Program-made: the position numbers and the translations under genes
From: the human T2T-CHM13v2.0 reference genome, Homo sapiens
Strand: one strand, 5' to 3'
Length of the DNA stretch: 64,000 bases
Assembly: GCF_009914755.1 (NCBI RefSeq)
Contig: NC_060938.1
The notes under the pieces: generated by a model
The model's database searches: none
The model's input: the letters and a program-made list of their open reading frames with translations, nothing else
What the model was told of the DNA's origin: nothing
Part shown: piece after piece, positions 13,201 through 26,100 of the stretch
How positions within the stretch are numbered: the stretch's first letter is position 1
Layout: every line of letters starts with the position of its first letter

Positions 13201-16200
13201 AGAGTGTTTCAAAACTGCTCTGTGAAAAGAAAGGTTCAACTCTGTTAGTTGAGTACACACATCACAAACAAGTTTCACAGAATGCTTCTTTCTAGCTTGT
13301 AGGGGAAGATATTCCCTTTATCACCATGGGCCTCAAACCGTCCGATAAGTCCACTTCCATATACTACAAAAAGAGCGTTTCAAACCTGCTCTATGAAAGG
13401 CAATGTTCAACTCTGTGACTTGAATGCAGACATCACAGAGCAGTTTCTGAGAATGCTTCTGTCTAGATTTTATAGGAAGATATTCCCGTTTCCAACGAAA
13501 TCTTTACAGCTATCCAAATATCCACTTGCAGATTCTACAAAAAGAGTGTATCAAAACTGCTCTGTCAAAAGGAAGGTTCTTTTCTGTTAGGTGAGTGCAT
13601 ACGTCATAAAGGAGTTTCTGAGAATGTTTCTGTCTAGTGGTTATGGGAAGATATTTGCTTTTTCACCGTAGGCCTCAGAGCGCTCCAAATATCCACTTGC
13701 ACATACTACAAAAAGAGTGCCTCAAAGCTGCTCTCTGAAACGGAATGTTCAACTCTATGAGTTGAATGCAAACATCGCAAAGACGTTTCTGAGAATGCTT
13801 CTGTCTAGATTTGATATGAAGATATTCCCGTTTCCAACGAAATCTTCAAATCTATCCAAATGTCCACTTGCAGATTCAACAAAAAGTGTTTTTCAGAACT
13901 GCTCTATCAAAACAAAGATCCACCTCTGTTAGCTGAGTTCACACATCACAAACAAGTTTATGAGAATGCTTCTGTCTAGTTTTTATTTGAAGATATTTCC
14001 TTTCTCACCATAGAGCTGAAAGCTGTCCTAATGTTCACTTCCAGATACTACAGAAAGAGTGTTTCAAAACTGCTGTACGAAAGGGAATGTTCAACTCTGT
14101 GACTTGAATGCACACATCACAAAGAAGTTTCTGAGGATGCTGCTGTCTACTTTTTATACGTAATCCCGTTTCCAACGAAATCCTCCAAGCTATCCAAATA
14201 TCCACTTGCAGATTCCACAGAAAGACTGTTTCAAAACTGCTCTGTCAATAGAAAGGTTCAACTCTGTTAGCTGCGTGCATATATCCCAAAGAAGATTCTG
14301 AGATTGCTTCTGTCTAGTTTTTATGGGAAGATATTTCCCTTTTCACCGTAGGTGTCAAGGCGCTCCAAATGTCCACTTCCAGATACTACAAAAAGAGTGT
14401 TTCAAACCTACTCTGTGAAAGGGAATATTCAACTCTGTGACTCGAATGCACATATCACAAAGAAGTTTCTGAGAATGCTTCTGTCGAGATTTTATATGAA
14501 GATATTCCCGTTTCCAACGAAATGCTGAAATCTATCCAAATATCCCCTCGCAGATTCTACAAAAAGAGTGTTTCAAAACTGCTCTGTGAAAAGAAAGGTT
14601 CAACTCTGTTAGTTGAGTACACACATCACAAACAAGTTTCACAGAATGCTTCTTTCTAGCTTGTAGGGGAAGATATTCCCTTTATCACCATGGGCCTCCA
14701 ACCGTCCGAAACATCCACTTCCATATACTACAAAAAGAGCGTTTCAAACCTGCTCTATGAAAGGCAATGTTCAACTCTGTGACTTGAATGCAGACATCAC
14801 AGAGCAGTTTCTGAGAATGCTTCTGTCTAGATTTTATAGGAAGATATTCCCGTTTCCAACGAAATCTTCACAGCTATCCAAATATCCACTTGCAGATTCT
14901 ACAAAAAGAGTGTATCAAAACTGCTCTGTCAAAAGGAAGGTTCTTTTCTGTTAGGTGAGTGCATACGTCATAAAGGAGTTTCTGAGAATGTTTCTGTCTA
15001 GTGGTTATGGGAAGATATTTGCTTTTTCACCGTAGGCCTCAGAGCGCTCCAAATATCCACTTGCACATACTACAAAAAGAGTGCCTCAAAGCTGCTCTCT
15101 GAAACGGAATGTGCAACTGTATGAGTTGAATGCAAACATCGCAAAGACGTTTCTGAGAATGCTTCTGTCTAGATTTGATATGAAGATATTCCCGTTTCCA
15201 ACGAAATCTTCAAATCTATCCAAATGTCCACTTGCAGATTCAACAAAAAGTGTTTTTCAGAACTGCTCTATCAAAAGAAAGATCCACCTCTGTTAGCTGA
15301 GTTCAGACATCACAAACAAGTTTATGAGAATGCTTCTGTCTAGTTTTTATTTGAAGATATTTCCTTTCTCACCATAGACCTGAAAGCTGTCCTAATGTTC
15401 ACTTCCAGTTACTACAGAAAGAGTGTTTCAAAACTGCTGTACGAAAGGGAATGTTCAACTCTGTGACTTGAATGCACACATCACAAAGAAGTTTCTGAGG
15501 ATGCTGCTGTCTACTTTTTATACGTAATCCCGTTTCCAACGAAATCCTCCAAGCTATCCAAATATCCACTTGCAGATTCCACAGAAAGACTGTTTCAAAA
15601 CTGCTCTGTCAATAGAAAGGTTCAACTCTGTTAGCTGTGTGCATATATCCCAAAGAAGATTCTGAGATTGCTTCTGTCTAGTTTTTATGGGAAGATATTT
15701 CCCTTTTCACCGTAGGCGTCAAGGCGCTCCAAATGTCCACTTCCAGATACTACAAAAAGAGTGTTTCAAACCTACTCTGTGAAAGGGAATATTCAACTCT
15801 GTGACTCGAATGCACATATCACAAGGAAGTTTCTGAGAATGCTTCTGTCGAGATTTTATATGAAGATATTCCCGTTTCCAACGAAATCCTGAAATCTATC
15901 CAAATATCCCCTCGCAGATTCTACAAAAAGAGTGTTTCAAAACTGCTCTGTAAAAAGAAAGGTTCAACTCTGTTAGTTGAGTACACACATCACAAACAAG
16001 TTTCACAGAATGCTTCTTTCTAGCTTGTAGGGGAAGATATTCCCTTTATCACCATGGGCCTCAAACCGTCCGATAAGTCCACTTCCATATACTACAAAAA
16101 GAGCGTTTCAAACCTGCTCTATGAAAGGCAACGTTCAACTCTGTGACTTGAATGCAGACATCACAGAGCAGTTTCTGAGAATGCTTCTGTCTAGATTTTA

Positions 16201-16368
16201 TAGGAAGATATTCCCGTTTCCAACGAAATCTTCACAGCTATCCAAATATCCACTTGCAGATTCTACAAAAAGAGTGTATCAAAACTGCTCTGTCAAAAGG
16301 AAGGTTCTTCTCTGTTAGGTGAGTGCATACGTCATAAAGGAGTTTCTGAGAATGTTTCTGTCTAGTGG

Positions 16369-17726
16369 TTATGGGAAGATATTTGCTTTTTCCCCGTAGG
16401 CCTCAGGGCGCTCCAAATGTCCACTTGCACATGTTACAAAAAGTGCTTCAAAGCTGCTCTCTGAAAGGGAATGTTCAACTCTATGAGTTGAATGCAAACA
16501 TCACAAAGACGTTTCTGAGAATGCTTCTGTCTAGATTTGATATGAAGATATTCCCGTTTCCAACGAAATCTTCAAATCTATCCAAATGTCCACTTGCAGA
16601 TTCAACAAAAAGTGTTTTTCAGAACTGCTCTATCAAAAGAAAGATCCACCTCTGTTAGCTGAGTTCAGACATCACAAACAAGTTTATGAGAATGCTTCTG
16701 TCTAGTTTTTATTTGAAGATATTTCCTTTCTCACCATAGACCTGAAAGCTGTCCTAATGTTCACTTCCAGTTACTACAGAGTGTTTCAAAACTGCTGTAC
16801 GAAAGGGAATGTTCAACTCTGTGACTTGAATGCACACATCACAAAGAAGTTTCTGAGGATGCTGCTGTCTACTTTTTATACGTAATCCCGTTTCCAACGA
16901 AATCCTCCAAGCTATCCAAATATCCACTTGCAGATTCCACAGAAAGACTGTTTCAAAACTGCTCTGTCAATAGAAAGGTTCAACTCTGTTAGCTGCGTGC
17001 ATATATCCCAAAGAAGATTCTGAGATTGCTTCTGTCTAGTTTTTATGGGAAGATATTTCCCTTTTCACCGTAGGCGTCAAGGCGCTCCAAATGTCCACTT
17101 CCAGATACTACAAAAAGAGTGTTTCAAACCTACTCTGTGAAAGGGAATATTCAACTCTGTGACTTGAATGCACATATCACAAGGAAGTTTCTGAGAATGC
17201 TTCTGTCGAGATTTTATATGAAGATATTCCCGTTTCCAACGAAATCCTGAAATCTATCCAAATATCCCCTCGCAGATTCTACAAAAAGAGTGTTTCAAAA
17301 CTGCTCTGTAAAAAGAAAGGTTCAACTCTGTTAGTTGAGTACACACATCACAAACAAGTTTCACAGAATGCTTCTTTCTAGCTTGTAGGGGAAGATATTC
17401 CCTTTATCACCATGGGCCTCAAACCGTCCGATAAGTCCACTTCCATATACTACAAAAAGAGCGTTTCAAACCTGCTCTATGAAAGGCAATGTTCAACTCT
17501 GTGACTTGAATGCAGACATCACAGAGCAGTTTCTGAGAATGCTTCTGTCTAGATTTTATAGGAAGATATTCCCGTTTCCAACGAAATCTTCACAGCTATC
17601 CAAATATCCACTTGCAGATTCTACAAAAAGAGTGTATCAAAACTGCTCTGTCAAAAGGAAGGTTCTTTTCTGTTAGGTGAGTGCATACGTCATAAAGGAG
17701 TTTCTGAGAATGTTTCTGTCTAGTGG
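16369..17726 (-). repeat. Length-variant HOR copy 13 (1358 bp)
   Basis: 2-bp deletion near 16440 (TACAAAAAGTGC vs TACAAAAAGAGTGC) and 4-bp deletion near 16780 (TACAGAGTG vs TACAGAAAGAGTG); ORF spacing 16121 to 17479 = 1358. Confidence 0.93.
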
Positions 17727-20700
17727 TTATGGGAAGATATTTGCTTTTTCACCGTAGGCCTCAGAGCGCTCCAAATATCCACTTGCACATACTACAAAAA
17801 GAGTGCCTCAAAGCTGCTCTCTGAAACGGAATGTTCAACTCTATGAGTTGAATGCAAACATCGCAAAGACGTTTCTGAGAATGCTTCTGTCTAGATTTGA
17901 TATGAAGATATTCCCGTTTCCAACGAAATCTTCAAATCTATCCAAATGTCCACTTGCAGATTCAACAAAAAGTGTTTTTCAGAACTGCTCTATCAAAAGA
18001 AAGATCCACCTCTGTTAGCTGAGTTCACACATCACAAACAAGTTTATGAGAATGCTTCTGTCTAGTTTTTATTTGAAGATATTTCCTTTCTCACCATAGA
18101 GCTGAAAGCTGTCCTAATGTTCACTTCCAGATACTACAGAAAGAGTGTTTCAAAACTGCTGTACGAAAGGGAATGTTCAACTCTGTGACTTGAATGCACA
18201 CATCACAAAGAAGTTTCTGAGGATGCTGCTGTCTACTTTTTATACGTAATCCCGTTTCCAACGAAATCCTCCAAGCTATCCAAATATCCACTTGCAGATT
18301 CCACAGAAAGACTGTTTCAAAACTGCTCTGTCAATAGAAAGGTTCAACTCTGTTAGCTGCGTGCATATATCCCAAAGAAGATTCTGAGATTGCTTCTGTC
18401 TAGTTTTTATGGGAAGATATTTCCCTTTTCACCGTAGGTGTCAAGGCGCTCCAAATGTCCACTTCCAGATACTACAAAAAGAGTGTTTCAAACCTACTCT
18501 GTGAAAGGGAATATTCAACTCTGTGACTCGAATGCACATATCACAAAGAAGTTTCTGAGAATGCTTCTGTCGAGATTTTATATGAAGATATTCCCGTTTC
18601 CAACGAAATGCTGAAATCTATCCAAATATCCCCTCGCAGATTCTACAAAAAGAGTGTTTCAAAACTGCTCTGTGAAAAGAAAGGTTCAACTCTGTTAGTT
18701 GAGTACACACATCACAAACAAGTTTCACAGAATGCTTCTTTCTAGCTTGTAGGGGAAGATATTCCCTTTATCACCATGGGCCTCAAACCGTCCGATAAGT
18801 CCACTTCCATATACTACAAAAAGAGCGTTTCAAACCTGCTCTATGAAAGGCAATGTTCAACTCTGTGACTTGAATGCAGACATCACAGAGCAGTTTCTGA
18901 GAATGCTTCTGTCTAGATTTTATAGGAAGATATTCCCGTTTCCAACGAAATCTTCACAGCTATCCAAATATCCACTTGCAGATTCTACAAAAAGAGTGTA
19001 TCAAAACTGCTCTGTCAAAAGGAAGGTTCTTTTCTGTTAGGTGAGTGCATACGTCATAAAGGAGTTTCTGAGAATGTTTCTGTCTAGTGGTTATGGGAAG
19101 ATATTTGCTTTTTCACCGTAGGCCTCAGAGCGCTCCAAATATCCACTTGCACATACTACAAAAAGAGTGCCTCAAAGCTGCTCTCTGAAACGGAATGTTC
19201 AACTCTATGAGTTGAATGCAAACATCGCAAAGACGTTTCTGAGAATGCTTCTGTCTAGATTTGATATGAAGATATTCCCGTTTCCAACGAAATCTTCAAA
19301 TCTATCCAAATGTCCACTTGCAGATTCAACAAAAAGTGTTTTTCAGAACTGCTCTATCAAAAGAAAGATCCACCTCTGTTAGCTGAGTTCAGACATCACA
19401 AACAAGTTTATGAGAATGCTTCTGTCTAGTTTTTATTTGAAGATATTTCCTTTCTCACCATAGACCTGAAAGCTGTCCTAATGTTCACTTCCAGTTACTA
19501 CAGAAAGAGTGTTTCAAAACTGCTGTACGAAAGGGAATGTTCAACTCTGTGACTTGAATGCACACATCACAAAGAAGTTTCTGAGGATGCTGCTGTCTAC
19601 TTTTTATACTTAATCCCGTTTCCAACGAAATCCTCCAAGCTATCCAAATATCCACTTGCAGATTCCACAGAAAGACTGTTTCAAAACTGCTCTGTCAATA
19701 GAAAGGTTCAACTCTGTTAGCTGTGTGCATATATCCCAAAGAAGATTCTGAGATTGCTTCTGTCTAGTTTTTATGGGAAGATATTTCCCTTTTCACCGTA
19801 GGCGTCAAGGCGCTCCAAATGTCCACTTCCAGATACTACAAAAAGAGTGTTTCAAACCTACTCTGTGAAAGGGAATATTCAACTCTGTGACTTGAATGCA
19901 CATATCACAAGGAAGTTTCTGAGAATGCTTCTGTCGAGATTTTATATGAAGATATTCCCGTTTCCAACGAAATCCTGAAATCTATCCAAATATCCCCTCG
20001 CAGATTCTACAAAAAGAGTGTTTCAAAACTGCTCTGTAAAAAGAAAGGTTCAACTCTGTTAGTTGAGTACACACATCACAAACAAGTTTCACAGAATGCT
20101 TCTTTCTAGCTTGTAGGGGAAGATATTCCCTTTATCACCATGGGCCTCAAACCGTCCGATAAGTCCACTTCCATATACTACAAAAAGAGCGTTTCAAACC
20201 TGCTCTATGAAAGGCAATGTTCAACTCTGTGACTTGAATGCAGACATCACAGAGCAGTTTCTGAGAATGCTTCTGTCTAGATTTTATAGGAAGATATTCC
20301 CGTTTCCAACGAAATCTTCACAGCTATCCAAATATCCACTTGCAGATTCTACAAAAAGAGTGTATCAAAACTGCTCTGTCAAAAGGAAGGTTCTTTTCTG
20401 TTAGGTGAGTGCATACGTCATAAAGGAGTTTCTGAGAATGTTTCTGTCTAGTGGTTATGGGAAGATATTTGCTTTTTCACCGTAGGCCTCAGAGCGCTCC
20501 AAATATCCACTTGCACATACTACAAAAAGAGTGCCTCAAAGCTGCTCTCTGAAACGGAATGTGCAACTCTATGAGTTGAATGCAAACATCGCAAAGACGT
20601 TTCTGAGAATGCTTCTGTCTAGATTTGATATGAAGATATTCCCGTTTCCAACGAAATCTTCAAATCTATCCAAATGTCCACTTGCAGATTCAACAAAAAG

Positions 20701-21818
20701 TGTTTTTCACAACTGCTCTATCAAAAGAAAGATCCACCTCTGTTAGCTGAGTTCACACATCACAAACAAGTTTATGAGAATGCTTCTGTCTAGTTTTTAT
20801 TTGAAGATATTTCCTTTCTCACCATAGAGCTGAAAGCTGTCCTAATGTTCACTTCCAGATACTACAGAAAGAGTGTTTCAAAACTGCTGTACGAAAGGGA
20901 ATGTTCAACTCTGTGACTTGAATGCACACATCACAAAGAAGTTTCTGAGGATGCTGCTGTCTACTTTTTATACGTAATCCCGTTTCCAACGAAATCCTCC
21001 AAGCTATCCAAATATCCACTTGCAGATTCCACAGAAAGACTGTTTCAAAACTGCTCTGTCAATAGAAAGGTTCAACTCTGTTAGCTGCGTGCATATATCC
21101 CAAAGAAGATTCTGAGATTGCTTCTGTCTAGTTTTTATGGGAAGATATTTCCCTTTTCACCGTAGGTGTCAAGGCGCTCCAAATGTCCACTTCCAGATAC
21201 TACAAAAAGAGTGTTTCAAACCTACTCTGTGAAAGGGAATATTCAACTCTGTGACTCGAATGCACATATCACAAAGAAGTTTCTGAGAATGCTTCTGTCG
21301 AGATTTTATATGAAGATATTCCCGTTTCCAACGAAATGCTGAAATCTATCCAAATATCCCCTCGCAGATTCTACAAAAAGAGTGTTTCAAAACTGCTCTG
21401 TGAAAAGAAAGGTTCAACTCTGTTAGTTGAGTACACACATCACAAACAAGTTTCACAGAATGCTTCTTTCTAGCTTGTAGGGGAAGATATTCCCTTTATC
21501 ACCATGGGCCTCAAACCGTCCGATAAGTCCACTTCCATATACTACAAAAAGAGCGTTTCAAACCTGCTCTATGAAAGGCAATGTTCAACTCTGTGACTTG
21601 AATGCAGACATCACAGAGCAGTTTCTGAGAATGCTTCTGTCTAGATTTTATAGGAAGATATTCCCGTTTCCAACGAAATCTTCACAGCTATCCAAATATC
21701 CACTTGCAGATTCTACAAAAAGAGTGTATCAAAACTGCTCTGTCAAAAGGAAGGTTCTTTTCCGTTAGGTGTGTGCATACGTCATAAAGGAGTTTCTGAG
21801 AATGTTTCTGTCTAGTGG

Positions 21819-23178
21819 TTATGGGAAGATATTTGCTTTTTCACCGTAGGCCTCAGGGCGCTCCAAATGTCCACTTGCACATGCTACAAAAAGAGTGCTT
21901 CAAAGCTGCTCTCTGAAAGGGAATGTTCAACTCTATGAGTTGAATGCAAACATCACAAAGACGTTTCTGAGAATGCTTCTGTCTAGATTTGATATGAAGA
22001 TATTCCCGTTTCCAACGAAATCTTCAAATCTATCCAAATGTCCACTTGCAGATTCAACAAAAAGTGTTTTTCAGAACTGCTCTATCAAAAGAAAGATCCA
22101 CCTCTGTTAGCTGAGTTCAGACATCACAAACAAGTTTATGAGAATGCTTCTGTCTACTTTTTATTTGAAGATATTTCCTTTCTCACCATAGACCTGAAAG
22201 CTGTCCTAATGTTCACTTCCAGTTACTACAGAGTGTTTCAAAACTGCTGTACGAAAGGGAATGTTCAACTCTGTGACTTGAATGCACACATCACAAAGAA
22301 GTTTCTGAGGATGCTGCTGTCTACTTTTTATACTTAATCCCGTTTCCAACGAAATCCTCCAAGCTATCCAAATATCCACTTGCAGATTCCACAGAAAGAC
22401 TGTTTCAAAACTGCTCTGTCAATAGAAAGGTTCAACTCTGTTAGCTGCGTGCATATATCCCAAAGAAGATTCTGAGATTGCTTCTGTCTAGTTTTTATGG
22501 GAAGATATTTCCCTTTTCACCGTAGGCGTCAAGGCGCTCCAAATGTCCACTTCCAGATACTACAAAAAGAGTGTTTCAAACCTACTCTGTGAAAGGGAAT
22601 ATTCAACTCTGTGACTTGAATGCACATATCACAAGGAAGTTTCTGAGAATGCTTCTGTCGAGATTTTATATGAAGATATTCCCGTTTCCAACGAAATCCT
22701 GAAATCTATCCAAATATCCCCTCGCAGATTCTACAAAAAGAGTGTTTCAAAACTGCTCTGTAAAAAGAAAGGTTCAACTCTGTTAGTTGAGTACACACAT
22801 CACAAACAAGTTTCACAGAATGCTTCTTTCTAGCTTGTAGGGGAAGATATTCCCTTTATCACCATGGGCCTCAAACCATCCGATAAGTCCACTTCCATAT
22901 ACTACAAAAAGAGCGTTTCAAACCTGCTCTATGAAAGGCAATGTTCAACTCTGTGACTTGAATGCAGACATCACAGAGCAGTTTCTGAGAATGCTTCTGT
23001 CTAGATTTTATAGGAAGATATTCCCGTTTCCAACGAAATCTTCACAGCTATCCAAATATCCACTTGCAGATTCTACAAAAAGAGTGTATCAAAACTGCTC
23101 TGTCAAAAGGAAGGTTCTTTTCTGTTAGGTGAGTGCATACGTCATAAAGGAGTTTCTGAGAATGTTTCTGTCTAGTGG
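21819..23178 (-). repeat. Length-variant HOR copy 17 (1360 bp)
   Basis: Same 4-bp deletion near 22232 (TACAGAGTG); ORF spacing 21571 to 22931 = 1360. Confidence 0.93.
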
Positions 23179-26100
23179 TTATGGGAAGATATTTGCTTTT
23201 TCACCGTAGGCCTCAGAGCGCTCCAAATATCCACTTGCACATACTACAAAAAGAGTGCCTCAAAGCTGCTCTCTGAAACGGAATGTTCAACTCTATGAGT
23301 TGAATGCAAACATCGCAAAGACGTTTCTGAGAATGCTTCTGTCTAGATTTGATATGAAGATATTCCCGTTTCCAACGAAATCTTCAAATCTATCCAAATG
23401 TCCACTTGCAGATTCAACAAAAAGTGTTTTTCAGAACTGCTCTATCAAAAGAAAGATCCACCTCTGTTAGCTGAGTTCACACATCACAAACAAGTTTATG
23501 AGAATGCTTCTGTCTAGTTTTTATTTGAAGATATTTCCTTTCTCACCATAGAGCTGAAAGCTGTCCTAATGTTCACTTCCAGATACTACAGAAAGAGTGT
23601 TTCAAAACTGCTGTACGAAAGGGAATGTTCAACTCTGTGACTTGAATGCACACATCACAAAGAAGTTTCTGAGGATGCTGCTGTCTACTTTTTATACGTA
23701 ATCCCGTTTCCAACGAAATCCTCCAAGCTATCCAAATATCCACTTGCAGATTCCACAGAAAGACTGTTTCAAAACTGCTCTGTCAATAGAAAGGTTCAAC
23801 TCTGTTAGCTGCGTGCATATATCCCAAAGAAGATTCTGAGATTGCTTCTGTCTAGTTTTTATGGGAAGATATTTCCCTTTTCACCGTAGGTGTCAAGGCG
23901 CTCCAAATGTCCACTTCCAGATACTACAAAAAGAGTGTTTCAAACCTACTCTGTGAAAGGGAATATTCAACTCTGTGACTTGAATGCACATATCACAAAG
24001 AAGTTTCTGAGAATGCTTCTGTCGAGATTTTATATGAAGATATTCCCGTTTCCAACGAAATGCTGAAATCTATCCAAATATCCCCTCGCAGATTCTACAA
24101 AAAGAGTGTTTCAAAACTGCTCTGTGAAAAGAAAGGTTCAACTCTGTTAGTTGAGTACACACATCACAAACAAGTTTCACAGAATGCTTCTTTCTAGCTT
24201 GTAGGGGAAGATATTCCCTTTATCACCATGGGCCTCAAACCGTCCGAAAAGTCCACTTCCATATACTACAAAAAGAGCGTTTCAAACCTGCTCTATGAAA
24301 GGCAATGTTCAACTCTGTGACTTGAATGCAGACATCACAGAGCAGTTTCTGAGAATGCTTCTGTCTAGATTTTATAGGAAGATATTCCCGTTTCCAACGA
24401 AATCTTCACAGCTATCCAAATATCCACTTGCAGATTCTACAAAAAGAGTGTATCAAAACTGCTCTGTCAAAAGGAAGGTTCTTTTCTGTTAGGTGAGTGC
24501 ATACGTCATAAAGGAGTTTCTGAGAATGTTTCTGTCTAGTGGTTATGGGAAGATATTTGCTTTTTCACCGTAGGCCTCAGAGCGCTCCAAATATCCACTT
24601 GCACATACTACAAAAAGAGTGCCTCAAAGCTGCTCTCTGAAACGGAATGTTCAACTCTATGAGTTGAATGCAAACATCGCAAAGACGTTTCTGAGAATGC
24701 TTCTGTCTAGATTTGATATGAAGATATTCCCGTTTCCAACGAAATCTTCAAATCTATCCAAATGTCCACTTGCAGATTCAACAAAAAGTGTTTTTCAGAA
24801 CTGCTCTATCAAAAGAAAGATCCACCTCTGTTAGCTGAGTTCAGACATCACAAACAAGTTTATCAGAATGCTTCTGTCTAGTTTTTATTTGAAGATATTT
24901 CCTTTCTCACCATAGACCTGAAAGCTGTCCTAATGTTCACTTCCAGTTACTACAGAAAGAGTGTTTCAAAACTGCTGTACGAAAGGGAATGTTCAACTCT
25001 GTGACTTGAATGCACACATCACAAAGAAGTTTCTGAGGATGCTGCTGTCTACTTTTTATACTTAATCCCGTTTCCAACGAAATCCTCCAAGCTATCCAAA
25101 TATCCACTTGCAGATTCCACAGAAAGACTGTTTCAAAACTGCTCTGTCAATAGAAAGGTTCAACTCTGTTAGCTGTGTGCATATATCCCAAAGAAGATTC
25201 TGAGATTGCTTCTGTCTAGTTTTTATGGGAAGATATTTCCCTTTTCACCGTAGGCGTCAAGGCGCTCCAAATGTCCACTTCCAGATACTACAAAAAGAGT
25301 GTTTCAAACCTACTCTGTGAAAGGGAATATTCAACTCTGTGACTTGAATGCACATATCACAAGGAAGTTTCTGAGAATGCTTCTGTCGAGATTTTATATG
25401 AAGATATTCCCGTTTCCAACGAAATCCTGAAATCTATCCAAATATCCCCTCGCAGATTCTACAAAAAGAGTGTTTCAAAACTGCTCTGTAAAAAGAAAGG
25501 TTCAACTCTGTTAGTTGAGTACACACATCACAAATAAGTTTCACAGAATGCTTCTTTCTAGCTTGTAGGGGAAGATATTCCCTTTATCACCATGGGCCTC
25601 AAACCGTCCGATAAGTCCACTTCCATATACTACAAAAAGAGCGTTTCAAACCTGCTCTATGAAAGGCAATGTTCAACTCTGTGACTTGAATGCAGACATC
25701 ACAGAGCAGTTTCTGAGAATGCTTCTGTCTAGATTTTATAGGAAGATATTCCCGTTTCCAACGAAATCTTCACAGCTATCCAAATATCCACTTGCAGATT
25801 CTACAAAAAGAGTGTATCAAAACTGCTCTGTCAAAAGGAAGGTTCTTTTCTGTTAGGTGAGTGCATACGTCATAAAGGAGTTTCTGAGAATGTTTCTGTC
25901 TAGTGGTTATGGGAAGATATTTGCTTTTTCACCGTAGGCCTCAGAGCGCTCCAAATATCCACTTGCACATACTACAAAAAGAGTGCCTCAAAGCTGCTCT
26001 CTGAAACGGAATGTGCAACTCTATGAGTTGAATGCAAACATCGCAAAGACGTTTCTGAGAATGCTTCTGTCTAGATTTGATATGAAGATATTCCCGTTTC

